Shown: positions 30,809-41,015 of the stretch, in pieces
Layout of the letters: each line of letters begins with the position of its first letter
Position numbering within the stretch: position 1 is the first letter of the stretch
DNA from: an uncultured Acidobacteriota bacterium
GTDB taxonomy: Bacteria; Acidobacteriota; UBA6911
Assembly: GCA_963809485.1 (NCBI GenBank)
Contig: CAWEJX010000020.1
Coordinates: 288,001-352,000, forward strand
Direction: 5' to 3'
Length of the DNA stretch: 64,000 nt
Program-made: the position numbers and the translations under genes
Notes under the pieces: generated by a model
The model's database searches: none
What the model was told of the DNA's origin: nothing
What the model saw: only the letters and a program-made list of their open reading frames with translations

Positions 30809-31612
30809 CTATTCCTTGGGCTTAGCCATCGGCGGTTTCTTTGCTTTCGCCTGCGCTGCCAGTAAAGGTGGTACAACTGTTGCGTTGTCAACCAGACCAA
30901 GGTTCAAATAGTGTTCGTTCCTCAAATTCACATCGTAGCCCTCCGTCTCCTTCTGGTTGGGCGCCTCCGTAACGAACTTGATGGCCTTCATCGGGCAGGC
31001 TTCCACACAAGCCTGCTTGCCGCCAGGTCCACCCTTTTCATTCCAGTAGGGAGTGTCGAGGCAAAGATCGCATTTTGAGGATTTCTTGGTGATATGGTTC
31101 CAGACGGTTCTGTGGGGCTGCTGCGGGCAGGCGCCCAGGCAGGTCTTGCAGCCTATGCATTTTTTGGCATCGATTCTCCGGATATTGCCGTTTGCAGCAT
31201 CCACATAGGCAGCTCCGACCGGACACTGGTCCACACAGACCGGCATTTTGCATTGACGGCAGGGCGCCATCTTGAGGTCGGTGGGGAATTTTCCGAACGA
31301 GTCCTGGATAATCTGTATGCGCGCAAGCGACAGATTCTGAACTCCTTCATGAACCATCGAACAGCTGAGCATGCAAGTGGTGCATCCGATGCATTTCTTG
31401 CTGTCATAGACCAGATAACCCTTGGAAACGGGGTAATCGGCTTTGGCTGCCGGGGTTGGGGAAGCGGGCGTTGCCACGGCCGCAGTCGCGGGACTGGTTG
31501 CGATCAGCGCATCCACCGCCACAACCGTTCCGCTGGAGACCAGAAAATCCCTTCGAGAGAATTTCTTTTTGGCAGCAGCTTCTCCGCTTTTGGCTTTTTT
31601 GCCTTCAGGCAT
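30809..31612 (-). CDS. 4Fe-4S ferredoxin-type subunit (DmsB/YdhY-like) with a twin-arginine signal
   Basis: FSRRDFL leader; CIGCTTCMLSC, CRQC..P.C...CP, CIGCKTCLGACP, KCDLC...CVEACP. Confidence 0.9.
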   Translation of the reverse strand: MPEGKKAKSGEAAAKKKFSRRDFLVSSGTVVAVDALIATSPATAAVATPASPTPAAKADYPVSKGYLVYDSKKCIGCTTCMLSCSMVHEGVQNLSLARIQIIQDSFGKFPTDLKMAPCRQCKMPVCVDQCPVGAAYVDAANGNIRRIDAKKCIGCKTCLGACPQQPHRTVWNHITKKSSKCDLCLDTPYWNEKGGPGGKQACVEACPMKAIKFVTEAPNQKETEGYDVNLRNEHYLNLGLVDNATVVPPLLAAQAKAKKPPMAKPKE

Positions 31613-32025
31613 AGGCTTACTCCTTCGTTGTAATGATTTTTTGATCCGTTGCAGGGCTAAAACCCACAAAATGTCTACCTATGAGTCTGCTCATGAGGAA
31701 GGCATTTCTAATTATACCAGATAAAATTTAATTTCAACAAGAATCCAAGTAACGGATCCCAAGCGAGAACGGCGATATTTTTCGCACCCCGGAATGGGTC
31801 CTCGCCGGGAATAGCGGCGCTTTGTTTGCCGGGTCTAAAATCAGGCTTTTAAGAAACTTATGTCAACCGGCAGCTCCAGGGTCAGTCTCATCCCCTCCGG
31901 ATATCGATTGCCGTTGACACACGCTCGCATTTTGTTACACATTGGAAGAGGTATCCGCGGATGGGGCGCAGTCATTTGGAAAACTCCGTTCCGGGGAAAT
32001 CCCCTAATTCAAACCGAGGTCAAAG

Positions 32026-34080
32026 ATGACAGGTGGATATACAGGCAAAATATTGAGGGCAAATCTCACCAGCAAGACGATTGGAACTATCGATACGGGA
32101 AAATATGAAGAATTCGGCGGCGCCCATGGAATAGGCGCAGCCATTTTCTTTGATCTTGTGGGCAACCAGCTTCCTTTCGATGCATTCGATCCCAGGAATG
32201 TCATAACGGTGATGACATCGCCCTTTTCGGGCACCTATGTGCCCGGTTCCGGCCGATGCGAAGTGCAGGGACTCGCGCCCATGTATTATCCCATCGAATG
32301 GTACAGCCACAGCAACTGGGGAGGACGCTTCACCGCTCAATTGAAGTATGCAGGATGGGACGGCATCGTGATCGAGGGCGCTTCCGATGAACCGGTCTGG
32401 ATCAACATCATCAACGACAAGGTCACGATTGAAAAGGCCAGCGCCGGGTTGTGGGGAATGGATACCGCCGACGCTCAGGAGGAAATCTGCAGGCGTGTCA
32501 TGCCCGAGGCCAAGTACGGCGAATGGGCGGAGCTGGACAATGGATATTCGACCCAGATCCCCGCAGTTGCCTGCATCGGTCTGGCAGGCGAAAACCGCAG
32601 CCGGATTGCCTCTATTGTCCACGGCGCCGGCAGCAGCGCCGCGCAGGGCGGATTCGGGGGCGTCTGGGGATCCAAGAAGCTGAAGGCGATCAGTGTCATC
32701 GGAACGGGGAGCGTGCCGATCGCGGAGCCCAAGGCCCTCATGGACGCCAGGCTGTGGTTCAACCAGTTCCAATGGAATGTGGACAAGCCCCTGGATCCCG
32801 TAATGGAATCAAGGTCCTTCATGCTTTTCAACGGCGCCCCGAGCGGAGGCAACACCCACAATTTAAGTATCCCGCTGGAACCGGCCCGCGCGGCCGCCTG
32901 CGTATCGTGTCCCAGGGGATGCCGCATGAGGCTGGCCGGTGGCAAAAGCAATGAAGCGGTCTGTGCCGGCACCGTCGAATACATGGGTATGGAAGGACCC
33001 CGCATCGATAAGATGAAGGCGACCGACCTGCTGCACGCTTACGGCATCAATCACTGGCATATCGCCGGTCCCAGAAACTATATCAATGCCCTTTACAAAA
33101 TGGGGATCCTTGGACCCGGGAAGCAGATCGAATGCGACCTGCCCATGGAGCGGTTCAACACGCTGGAATTCACCGAAGCGCTCATGCGCAGGATAGCCAG
33201 ACGCGAAGGGATAGGGGAAGCCTTGAGCGAGGGCCTTGCCCGGGCGGCGGTGAAATGGGGCCGCTTCAAGGAAGATCTGTCCAGCGGCGTCCTGAACCTG
33301 CCGTACTGGGGCTCCGTAGAACACTACGATCCCAGGATCGAAGTCGACTGGGGTTACGGATCTCTGCTCGGGGAGAGGGATATCATGATGCATACCTTCA
33401 ACTATCCCCTCCACTGGATGCCCACGGCCATGATGGGAGCGGGAGTAGAACCCTATCTTTCCGCGGAGAAAGCAGTCGAGATGGCTTCCAATGCCATGAT
33501 CCCGTACCAGGGCGACCCGTTCATGCTGGATTACGGTGAAGGCCCCACCGGCATCTATTCCGATCACAGGGTCAAACAGGTAGCATGGCACAGGCATTAC
33601 CAGAGATTCTGGATAGACTCCACCGGCTTTTGCGGATGGCGCTGGCCGATGTTCTTCACAAACAACACCGTGAACAAAGCGGGAGCCACCCCCGAAGCAG
33701 AGCCCAAGTTTTACAATGCCGTCACAGGGAAAAACATCACCTTTGCGGACGGGATGGAGATCGGGCGCAAGATTTGGAACCTGAATAAAGCGATCTGGGT
33801 TCTGCAGGGAAGGCACCGCGATCAGGAAGTATTCCCCGACTATATTTATGACAAACCATCGCGGGCGCATATCATGCCGGCATACGAGAACGGCAAGTGG
33901 AGCTATGCGGCGAATGCGGGCCGCAAATTGGACCGGACCAGGTTTGAAGAGTGGAAAACCAGGTTCTTCAAATTCGAGGGCTGGAACCCGGCCAACGGCT
34001 GGCCCAAACGAGATACCCTGGAAAGCATGGGATTGATGCGGGTCGCCGACACGCTCCAGAGCAAAGGCAAACTGGGATAG
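32026..34080 (+). CDS. Aldehyde:ferredoxin oxidoreductase family, second paralog
   Basis: Visibly collinear with and similar to 28760-30799 (MTGGYTGKILR..., CVSCPRGC, GFCGWRWP, LQGRHRD). Confidence 0.9.
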   Translation: MTGGYTGKILRANLTSKTIGTIDTGKYEEFGGAHGIGAAIFFDLVGNQLPFDAFDPRNVITVMTSPFSGTYVPGSGRCEVQGLAPMYYPIEWYSHSNWGGRFTAQLKYAGWDGIVIEGASDEPVWINIINDKVTIEKASAGLWGMDTADAQEEICRRVMPEAKYGEWAELDNGYSTQIPAVACIGLAGENRSRIASIVHGAGSSAAQGGFGGVWGSKKLKAISVIGTGSVPIAEPKALMDARLWFNQFQWNVDKPLDPVMESRSFMLFNGAPSGGNTHNLSIPLEPARAAACVSCPRGCRMRLAGGKSNEAVCAGTVEYMGMEGPRIDKMKATDLLHAYGINHWHIAGPRNYINALYKMGILGPGKQIECDLPMERFNTLEFTEALMRRIARREGIGEALSEGLARAAVKWGRFKEDLSSGVLNLPYWGSVEHYDPRIEVDWGYGSLLGERDIMMHTFNYPLHWMPTAMMGAGVEPYLSAEKAVEMASNAMIPYQGDPFMLDYGEGPTGIYSDHRVKQVAWHRHYQRFWIDSTGFCGWRWPMFFTNNTVNKAGATPEAEPKFYNAVTGKNITFADGMEIGRKIWNLNKAIWVLQGRHRDQEVFPDYIYDKPSRAHIMPAYENGKWSYAANAGRKLDRTRFEEWKTRFFKFEGWNPANGWPKRDTLESMGLMRVADTLQSKGKLG

Positions 34081-34090
34081 CCGCCACTTC

Positions 34091-34152
34091 AAAAACGCCA
34101 CGAATTCCCCGGATTGCAATATCGCGATCCGGAGGGTCCGTGGCGTTTTTTT
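34091..34152 (+). terminator. Rho-independent terminator, homologous to that of the first AOR gene
   Basis: aaaaacgccacgaatt...tccgtggcgttttttt. Confidence 0.7.
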
Positions 34153-34232
34153 GTCTCCGGCAAAAAAGTTCTTGCCATTATGATATTACTATGATATCAC
34201 TTTGATAACACATATTTGAAAGGTGAGACACC

Positions 34233-35255
34233 ATGACTACCGAACAGGCTTCACTGAACAGAGAACGGGCTGTAAAGGTTCAAAACGGATGGATAATGCT
34301 CGTGCTGCTGATTGCTTACCTGATTTGCACTATTGGGCTGCTTATCACGTCCATCGCTGCCGGGTCTCCCAGGACCGGACCGATTCTCTGGCTTTTTCTC
34401 CCATCGCTTCTCCTCCTTGCAATATGGGCGATTTGTTTGAACGGATTTTTCACTTTGCAGCCAAACGAAGCGCGTGTGCTGGTTTTATTCGGGAAATACC
34501 TGGGGACCGTGCGTGAAAGCGGCTTTCACTGGGGCAATCCCTTTTATTCCAACGGGCCCCGGGGCATCGTGGCACCGTCTTCGGATTCCTCCAAAGACTC
34601 GTCGTCGGCCACAACCATTTCCGGCTTCGCTACGCTCATGATGCAATCCAGGAAGGGATTGCGCCGGAACAAAATTTCTTTGCGGGCTCGAACTCTGAAC
34701 GGTGAAAAGCTGAAAGTTAACGACAAGCGCGGCAACCCGATAGAAATCGCCGCGGTCGTGATCTGGCGGGTCCAGGATACGGCCCAGGCCGTTTTTGATG
34801 TTGATGATTATGTGAAATATGTGCAGACCCAGAGCGAGTCTGCTCTGAGGCATTTGACCAGCCAGTATTCTTATGATCACGGCGAGGAAAACGAAATAAC
34901 GCTCCGGAGCAACAGCACCGAAGTCTCAGCAGGGCTCAAAGTGGAACTGGAGGAGCGTTTGAGCCGCGCGGGAGTTGCCGTCGAGGAAGCGCGGTTGACC
35001 CATCTGGCATACGCACCCGAGATTGCTCAGGCGATGCTGCGCCGGCAACAGGCGGAAGCCGTCATCGCTGCCCGGCAGAAGATTGTCCAAGGTGCGGTCA
35101 GCATGGTGGATCTGGCGATTAAGGGTCTTGCCGAAAAACATGTCGTGCAGCTGGACGACGAACGGAAAGCCGCCATGGTCAGCAACCTGATGGTCGTGCT
35201 GTGCGGTGAGTCCGAGGTTCATCCCGTCGTCAATACCGGCACTCTTTACTCTTGA
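34233..35255 (+). CDS. SPFH/band 7 domain membrane protein
   Basis: Two TM helices, [54 protein letters not shown]. Confidence 0.9.
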   Translation: MTTEQASLNRERAVKVQNGWIMLVLLIAYLICTIGLLITSIAAGSPRTGPILWLFLPSLLLLAIWAICLNGFFTLQPNEARVLVLFGKYLGTVRESGFHWGNPFYSNGPRGIVAPSSDSSKDSSSATTISGFATLMMQSRKGLRRNKISLRARTLNGEKLKVNDKRGNPIEIAAVVIWRVQDTAQAVFDVDDYVKYVQTQSESALRHLTSQYSYDHGEENEITLRSNSTEVSAGLKVELEERLSRAGVAVEEARLTHLAYAPEIAQAMLRRQQAEAVIAARQKIVQGAVSMVDLAIKGLAEKHVVQLDDERKAAMVSNLMVVLCGESEVHPVVNTGTLYS

Positions 35256-35271
35256 TATCGGGCTCGATGCG

Positions 35272-35448
35272 ATGGACAACAGAAAGTCATTTCTACTGCG
35301 GATTGATCCGAAGCTTTGGGCCGAGCTGGAAGGCTGGGCCGCGGACGATTTGCGCAGCATCAACGGGCAGATCGAGTATCTGCTCAAACAGGCCGTGCTC
35401 AAGCGAAAAGGACGCCCGAGCCGCGAAAATTCCGAGCAAGGTTCTTAG
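35272..35448 (+). CDS. Arc-like ribbon-helix-helix protein associated with the SPFH gene
   Basis: [12 protein letters not shown]...[19 protein letters not shown]; immediately follows the SPFH gene. Confidence 0.8.
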   Translation: MDNRKSFLLRIDPKLWAELEGWAADDLRSINGQIEYLLKQAVLKRKGRPSRENSEQGS

Positions 35449-35643
35449 GGGCGGCCGAAGGCCCGCCCCTAAGAACCAGAGATCATTTGGGAACGAATAC
35501 GGTTACGGCCAAGTCTTCCCAACCTGACGGCGTTCCCTCGAGATTCGCCACCGGCCGGTAATACTCCTCCAGCTGAGCGTAGGGAAACCGGCTCCGCCTG
35601 GGGCACCTCAGAATCTACAAACACGAAAAAGGAGGGTTTCAAA

Positions 35644-35937
35644 ATGCCGATTTATATAACGCTGTATCAATGGACAGAACAAGGTATCAAGAGCGTCAAA
35701 GACGCACCCGCCCGCATTGAGGCCGCCATTAAAACTGCAGAAAAGACAGGCGGCAAATCCCTGGGCGTCTACCTCACAATGGGCGCCTACGACCTGGTAT
35801 CAATTTTCGATGCACCCAGCGATGAAGAAGCTTCCGCATTTTTGCTGGCACAGGGAATGCAGGGGAATGTCCGGTCCACGACGCTCCGGGCTTTCACAAA
35901 GGAGCAGTTTGCCGAAATCGTGAAGAAGCTGCCCTGA
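35644..35937 (+). CDS. GYD domain-containing protein
   Basis: WTEQGIK, Y.TMGAYD, GNVRSTTLRAF; RBS aaggagg. Confidence 0.85.
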   Translation: MPIYITLYQWTEQGIKSVKDAPARIEAAIKTAEKTGGKSLGVYLTMGAYDLVSIFDAPSDEEASAFLLAQGMQGNVRSTTLRAFTKEQFAEIVKKLP

Positions 35938-36058
35938 TTCCCGGCTTTTTCAATGCTTGCAAGCGTTTGTTGGCGCAGGTTTGAGGCCGTAATTCATGCC
36001 CGGCTTGCTTCCGGTCCTGAATCCGGTCAAAATGACACCCGCGCGAAAGGAGATTTCT

Positions 36059-36421
36059 GTGGCCAACGACGATCGGATTGCGCGGCTTGAAAAACAGGTC
36101 GAATATCTGTCCAACCGGCTTGGAATAGCCGAGGACATTCTTGCGATAAGGAATCTTCAGCACAAATACGGTTACTATATGGACAAAGGCTTTTACGAGG
36201 CAGTTCTTGCCCTTTTGTCCAAGGGCTGCGAGGTCCATTTTCTCGGCGGAATTTTCAGGGGCAAGACCGGCGCGCAAAGGCTTTTCATAGAACGATTTCG
36301 CGCCAGATTCCAGAGAGGGACGGACGGCCCCAAGCCGGGGGTGCCGATGGAGCACCTGCAACTTCAGGATGTCATCGACGTGGCGCCGGACAGAAACAAT
36401 GGAAGGATTTATCGTGGTTGA
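36059..36421 (+). pseudogene. C-terminally truncated SnoaL-like (NTF2) family protein
   Basis: LGIAED..AIRNLQHKYGYYMDK...EHLQLQDVIDVAPD, then an abrupt stop that overlaps the start of the next gene; the later beta-strands appear to be missing. Confidence 0.6.
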
Positions 36422-38066
36422 TTTACTGGCACAAAATCCGCTGCTTCTGCTTTTTACCGTGATCGGTATCGGCTACCTGATCGGCAATATCAATATTTTG
36501 GGCTTCAAGCTGGGAGTGGCGGCGGTGCTTTTCACGGGAATATTTTTCGGCGCGATCGACCGCCGCCTGAGCCTGCCCGAGCATATCTACATCATCGGGC
36601 TGGTTCTGTTCGTCTATGCGATCGGCCTCCAATCCGGCCATGGTTTTTTTGCCTCTTTCAGAAAGCGGGGGCTCCGCTTCAGCATCATCGCGTGCCTGCT
36701 TCTCTGCGCGGGCGCGGCAGCGGCGATCCTTATCCGCACTTTTATGGGCCTTTCGGCTCCCAGCGCAGCGGGACTTTTTTGCGGGGCATTGACCAACACG
36801 CCGGCTCTGGCCGCAGCCGTGGAAACCGCCAAGAACCTGTCCGCCAACCTCCCGCCCGAAACCCGCGAGCTCTATGTCAACAGCCCGGTAGTCACCTACG
36901 GCCTGGCTTACCCGTTCGGAGTGTTCGGGGTGATCCTGTGGTTTTTCATCTTCAGCAAATTCATGAAGGTCGACCATGCGAAAGAGGCAACGGAGGCGCG
37001 CCGGGAATCCGCCAGAGAGGCCATCTTCAGCCGCACTTATAAAATCATCAACCCGGCGATCGTGGGGAAAACGGTGGAGGATGTGCTTGCGCCGGTCAAG
37101 GACTTTGGCTTCGTCCTCAGCCGGATCAAGAAGGGAAACAGGACCGACATTGTGCAATCCCAAACAGTGCTGGAGCTGAACGACTTGATCGTTGCCGTGG
37201 GCGATGAGACCGCCATGAAGCGGGCGGAGCTGATCTTCGGCGAGCAGCCCCAGGAGCACCTGGCCGAAGGACTGGGCGGCATCAGCTATCGGAGGATCTT
37301 CGTTTCGAAAAAGGCCGTGGCGGGAAAGGCAATCCGCGAGCTGAATCTTTCCAGCGAAATGCACGCCATTATCACCCGCCTCAGGCGGGGTGATGTCGAT
37401 ATCGTTCCCGGGCCGGACACAGTACTGGAGATGGGCGACCGCATCCGCGTGCTCACGCAGCGGGACAACATGGACCGCGTCACCAAATTTTTCGGCGATT
37501 CGCTCAAATCGGTATCCGAAACGGATTACCTTTCGCTTTCGCTGGGAATAGTCCTCGGGGTATTCCTGGGAATGATACCCATCCCCCTCCCGCACGGCCT
37601 GAATTTCAAACTCGGATTCGCGGGCGGTCCGCTGATTGCCGGATTGATCCTGGGCCGGCTCGAACGCACGGGGCCGATCACCTGGGAGATGCCCTTTAAC
37701 GCCAACCTGGTTCTGCGCCAGGTGGGCCTGGTATTTTTCCTGGCGGCGATCGGGACCAAGGCGGGCGACGGATTCGGCGCGACCTTCCAGACGGGCGGAT
37801 GGGGATTGATCGGGGCAGCCGCAATCATTACGACTTTCGTGACGATACTCACCCTCCTGGTCGGCTATAAATACCTCAAGCTGCCGATGGCCGCCGTGAT
37901 GGGGATGATGTCGGGCATCCAGACTCAACCGGCCTGCCTGGCCTATGCCAACCAGCAGACGGATAACGACGTGCCCAACATCTGGTACACCACGGTCTAT
38001 CCGGCCGCGATGGTAGCCAAGATCATCCTCGCACAGATCATCGTATCGATCCTGATCATGATTTAG
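36399..38066 (+). CDS. AspT/YidE/YbjL family antiporter with two TrkA-C (RCK_C) domains
   Basis: LGVAAVLF, LFVYAIGLQSG, GALTNTPAL, Y..AYPFG, GGPLIAGL, QTQPACL; alternative GTG start at 36414. Confidence 0.9.
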   Translation: MEGFIVVDLLAQNPLLLLFTVIGIGYLIGNINILGFKLGVAAVLFTGIFFGAIDRRLSLPEHIYIIGLVLFVYAIGLQSGHGFFASFRKRGLRFSIIACLLLCAGAAAAILIRTFMGLSAPSAAGLFCGALTNTPALAAAVETAKNLSANLPPETRELYVNSPVVTYGLAYPFGVFGVILWFFIFSKFMKVDHAKEATEARRESAREAIFSRTYKIINPAIVGKTVEDVLAPVKDFGFVLSRIKKGNRTDIVQSQTVLELNDLIVAVGDETAMKRAELIFGEQPQEHLAEGLGGISYRRIFVSKKAVAGKAIRELNLSSEMHAIITRLRRGDVDIVPGPDTVLEMGDRIRVLTQRDNMDRVTKFFGDSLKSVSETDYLSLSLGIVLGVFLGMIPIPLPHGLNFKLGFAGGPLIAGLILGRLERTGPITWEMPFNANLVLRQVGLVFFLAAIGTKAGDGFGATFQTGGWGLIGAAAIITTFVTILTLLVGYKYLKLPMAAVMGMMSGIQTQPACLAYANQQTDNDVPNIWYTTVYPAAMVAKIILAQIIVSILIMI

Positions 38067-38238
38067 TGCATCTCGATATTCGGTATTTGCTGCGGGAACA
38101 CCGGGGAAAATGCACGTCCCTTCATTTGTCCAGCGGACACTGCCTCACCGGCAGAACCGATGGGGGTCCCCATGAATTGGGAGGGAGGCCTGCCAAGCCG
38201 CAAGACATAAAGGCCGAACAGGAGTCACGGGCGATTCC

Positions 38239-39483
38239 TCAGGCCGGGAGAGCGGTCTTCCGGATCGACTCGATCCGTTGCAGCAGAGGCGGATGCGAGT
38301 AGTGCAGGAAGACGAACAGAGGATGCGGCGTCAGGTTCGAGAGGTTTTTTACAGAAAGCTTTTTCAGCGCCGAGACCATCTCTTCAGCGTTATCTACTGT
38401 CCGGGCAGCAAAGGAGTCCGCTTCCCTTTCATGCTTGCGCGAGAAGGCATTGAGAAGGATCGACAGGACGAAGGAAAGGGGTTCGTACAGGAGGCCGAAA
38501 AACACCAGGCTGCCGCAAACCGAAACGCCCTCCATGTAAAAAGCATCGAAAAGCCTCGCGTTGTTCAGGAACAAAGACAACAAAAAAAACACGATTCCGG
38601 CATCAACGATACCAATAAGAATACCCTGGAGGACGTGCTTTTTCTTCTGATGACCGATTTCGTGGGCCAGCACGGCCACAAGTTCCGCAACCGTGTGCTG
38701 CTCGATCAGCGTGTCATACAGGGCAATCCTTCGGTTCCTGCCGAAACCCGTGAAAAAGGCATTGGCCTTACTGGAGCGCTTGGACCCATCCATTACAAAG
38801 ATGTCCCTGAAGGCGAATCCGACCTTGGCCGCATATTGTGAGATGCGCCCCTTCAGCTCTCCCTGAGGGAGCGGCGTGAATTTGTTGAATAGCGGCATAA
38901 TCCAGACCGGCGCCACAAACTGAAGGACGAGCACGAAAAGCGCCGAAATAATCCAGCAGTAAAGCCAGGCGAGGCTTCCGGCATACTGGAAGAACCAGAG
39001 AATGGCCGCCAGCAATGGGATGCCCAGGGCTGCAGCCAGGGCGAGCGATTTGAGCCGGTCCATGACGAAAGTCCGGGGCGTGGTCCTGTTAAATCCGAAC
39101 TTTTCTTCAATTACAAAAGTGGAATAAATGGCAAACGGGATGGAGAGTATCGTATCCGCAAGGAAAATCGCGCCGATGTAAAGAATACCCGTGATCGTGC
39201 TGTTGAAGCCGAAGCTTCGCATGAGCTGGTCCAGCCAATTGAATCCGCCGGCAAACCAGAAAATCAGCAGGACGACCAGGTCAAAAGAGCTGCCCGCGAT
39301 CCCGAGCCACGCGTGTGCGCGGGTGTACTGCTGGGACCTGGAATATTGCTGCGGGTCATAGAAATCCTGCAATTCGGCTGGGAGATCCGCCCGCAGGGAC
39401 CGGAGGTTCAGCCATTCCGAGATCAGATCAACCAGAAATTTTGCCAGAAGCGCAGCCACGATGAAGATGAGATAGAAGTTCAT
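38239..39483 (-). CDS. M48 family Ste24-like integral membrane zinc protease
   Basis: DGSKRSSKANAFFTG, LAHEIGH, SRKHEREAD, YSHPPL. Confidence 0.92.
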   Translation of the reverse strand: MNFYLIFIVAALLAKFLVDLISEWLNLRSLRADLPAELQDFYDPQQYSRSQQYTRAHAWLGIAGSSFDLVVLLIFWFAGGFNWLDQLMRSFGFNSTITGILYIGAIFLADTILSIPFAIYSTFVIEEKFGFNRTTPRTFVMDRLKSLALAAALGIPLLAAILWFFQYAGSLAWLYCWIISALFVLVLQFVAPVWIMPLFNKFTPLPQGELKGRISQYAAKVGFAFRDIFVMDGSKRSSKANAFFTGFGRNRRIALYDTLIEQHTVAELVAVLAHEIGHQKKKHVLQGILIGIVDAGIVFFLLSLFLNNARLFDAFYMEGVSVCGSLVFFGLLYEPLSFVLSILLNAFSRKHEREADSFAARTVDNAEEMVSALKKLSVKNLSNLTPHPLFVFLHYSHPPLLQRIESIRKTALPA

Positions 39484-39664
39484 GGGCCCTCGGGATCCGG
39501 GAATATGCGATCGCCAACCATGTGTAAGCCTGCTTCTATATCATGCATATAAGGGCTGTCGAATGAAAGCTTTCCCTTTTTCGAGTTGCGGATCCACGCC
39601 CTTCAATCAAGAACACAGATTCGCGCCTGCGCCGCCGGGGCAGAAAAGCCGACGGAAATACGGG

Positions 39665-41008
39665 CTAACCTTCGATGGATGGGGTCCCTTTCAGCAATTC
39701 ATATCCTTCGGAGCGCGCAACGTAGGTCGCTGCTGTAATGTCGCCGACAACGTTCAGTGTAGTGCGGCACATGTCGAGAATGCGGTCGACTCCAAGAATG
39801 ATCGAAATCAGCGAGGGCTCCACTCCTACCGTTGTCAAAACAACCACAACAAATGGAATCGAGCCGGAGGGCACACCGGCCGTTCCGATCCCGCCCAAAA
39901 TTGCCAGGTACAGAACCAGCAATTGCTGTCCCAAACTCAGATCGACACCCCCCAGCTGTGCCAGAAACAGCACGGCGACTCCTTCGTAGAGCGCCGTTCC
40001 GTTCTGGTTGGCCGTCGCGCCGACCGTCAGGACGAAGCTGTTGATTCCCCGGGGCACGCCCAGGTTTTCTTCCGAAATGCGGAGTGCTGTCGGAAGGGTC
40101 GCGTTGGACGACGAAGTCGAGAATGCGGTCAACATCACTGTTTTGATGCGCCGGAAGAATTCCATCGGTGCGATTCGCGAAAGAAAACGCACCGAGAGGG
40201 AGTAAATTCCGAACATGTGGATCGAAAGGCCGGCAAGGACTGTGATCATGAACCAGAACAAAGCAACCAGAAGATCAAGACCGAACCGGGCGGTATTGTT
40301 GAAGAGCAAACAAGCCACCGCATAGGGGGCCAGGAGCATGATGATGTCGATAATCCGGGCTGAGACTGCAAACAGGCTCTCCATGACATGTACCCAGGGA
40401 GCGGCCGTCTGCGCAGGAATCAGCGTGACCGCCACGCCGATCAGGAGCGCAAAGAATATCAAGTGGAGCATGTTGGGCGTCTCGCCGGAAACAGACGTGA
40501 AGATGTTCGACGGGACGAGTGTCTTGACTGCCCGTGTCAGCACGGAATCCATGCCGCCGCCTGGCGCCATGGTCTCATTTATCCGGCCGGTCGCTTCCGG
40601 CCCATAGTGGTCTTCAAGCTGGACCGCCGTGCTATGGTTTATGCGCTTTCCGGGCTTAATCGCATTGGCCAGCGTCAGACCGATCAGGACGGAGATGGTG
40701 GAAAGCACAAGCGTATACCCGAGCGCCTTAAGCCCGATGCGCCCAAGTTTTCGGATGCTCCCAACCGCAGCGACGCCGACAATCAAAGACGAGAACACCA
40801 GCGGTACCACAACCAGCAGAAGGAGACGCAGGAATAGAGTGCCTGCAGGCTCCGTCACATTCCTCACTGTCCACGCGATCGCAGGATGATTGCCGCCGAG
40901 GATAAGGTTTGCCCCAATACCTGCCACGACGCCGGTCAACAGGCCGATGAGTATGCGTGCATGCAGCGGCATGCCATGGAGCCGCTTCCCCGCCGTTTCC
41001 TTTGCCAT
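39665..41008 (-). CDS. Dicarboxylate/amino acid:cation symporter (GltP family)
   Basis: AFSTSSSNATLP, GATANQNGTALY, GTAGVP, DRILDMCRT..NV.GD. Confidence 0.92.
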   Translation of the reverse strand: MAKETAGKRLHGMPLHARILIGLLTGVVAGIGANLILGGNHPAIAWTVRNVTEPAGTLFLRLLLLVVVPLVFSSLIVGVAAVGSIRKLGRIGLKALGYTLVLSTISVLIGLTLANAIKPGKRINHSTAVQLEDHYGPEATGRINETMAPGGGMDSVLTRAVKTLVPSNIFTSVSGETPNMLHLIFFALLIGVAVTLIPAQTAAPWVHVMESLFAVSARIIDIIMLLAPYAVACLLFNNTARFGLDLLVALFWFMITVLAGLSIHMFGIYSLSVRFLSRIAPMEFFRRIKTVMLTAFSTSSSNATLPTALRISEENLGVPRGINSFVLTVGATANQNGTALYEGVAVLFLAQLGGVDLSLGQQLLVLYLAILGGIGTAGVPSGSIPFVVVVLTTVGVEPSLISIILGVDRILDMCRTTLNVVGDITAATYVARSEGYELLKGTPSIEG

Positions 41009-41015
41009 GATTTGT

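Noticed and set aside
36423-37928. Long antisense ORFs (also 18516-19610, 27366-28511, 28616-29800, 32863-34119, 57913-59322, 62204-63472)
   Set aside because: They lie opposite well-supported genes in GC-rich DNA and show no recognisable motifs, so they are treated as shadow ORFs
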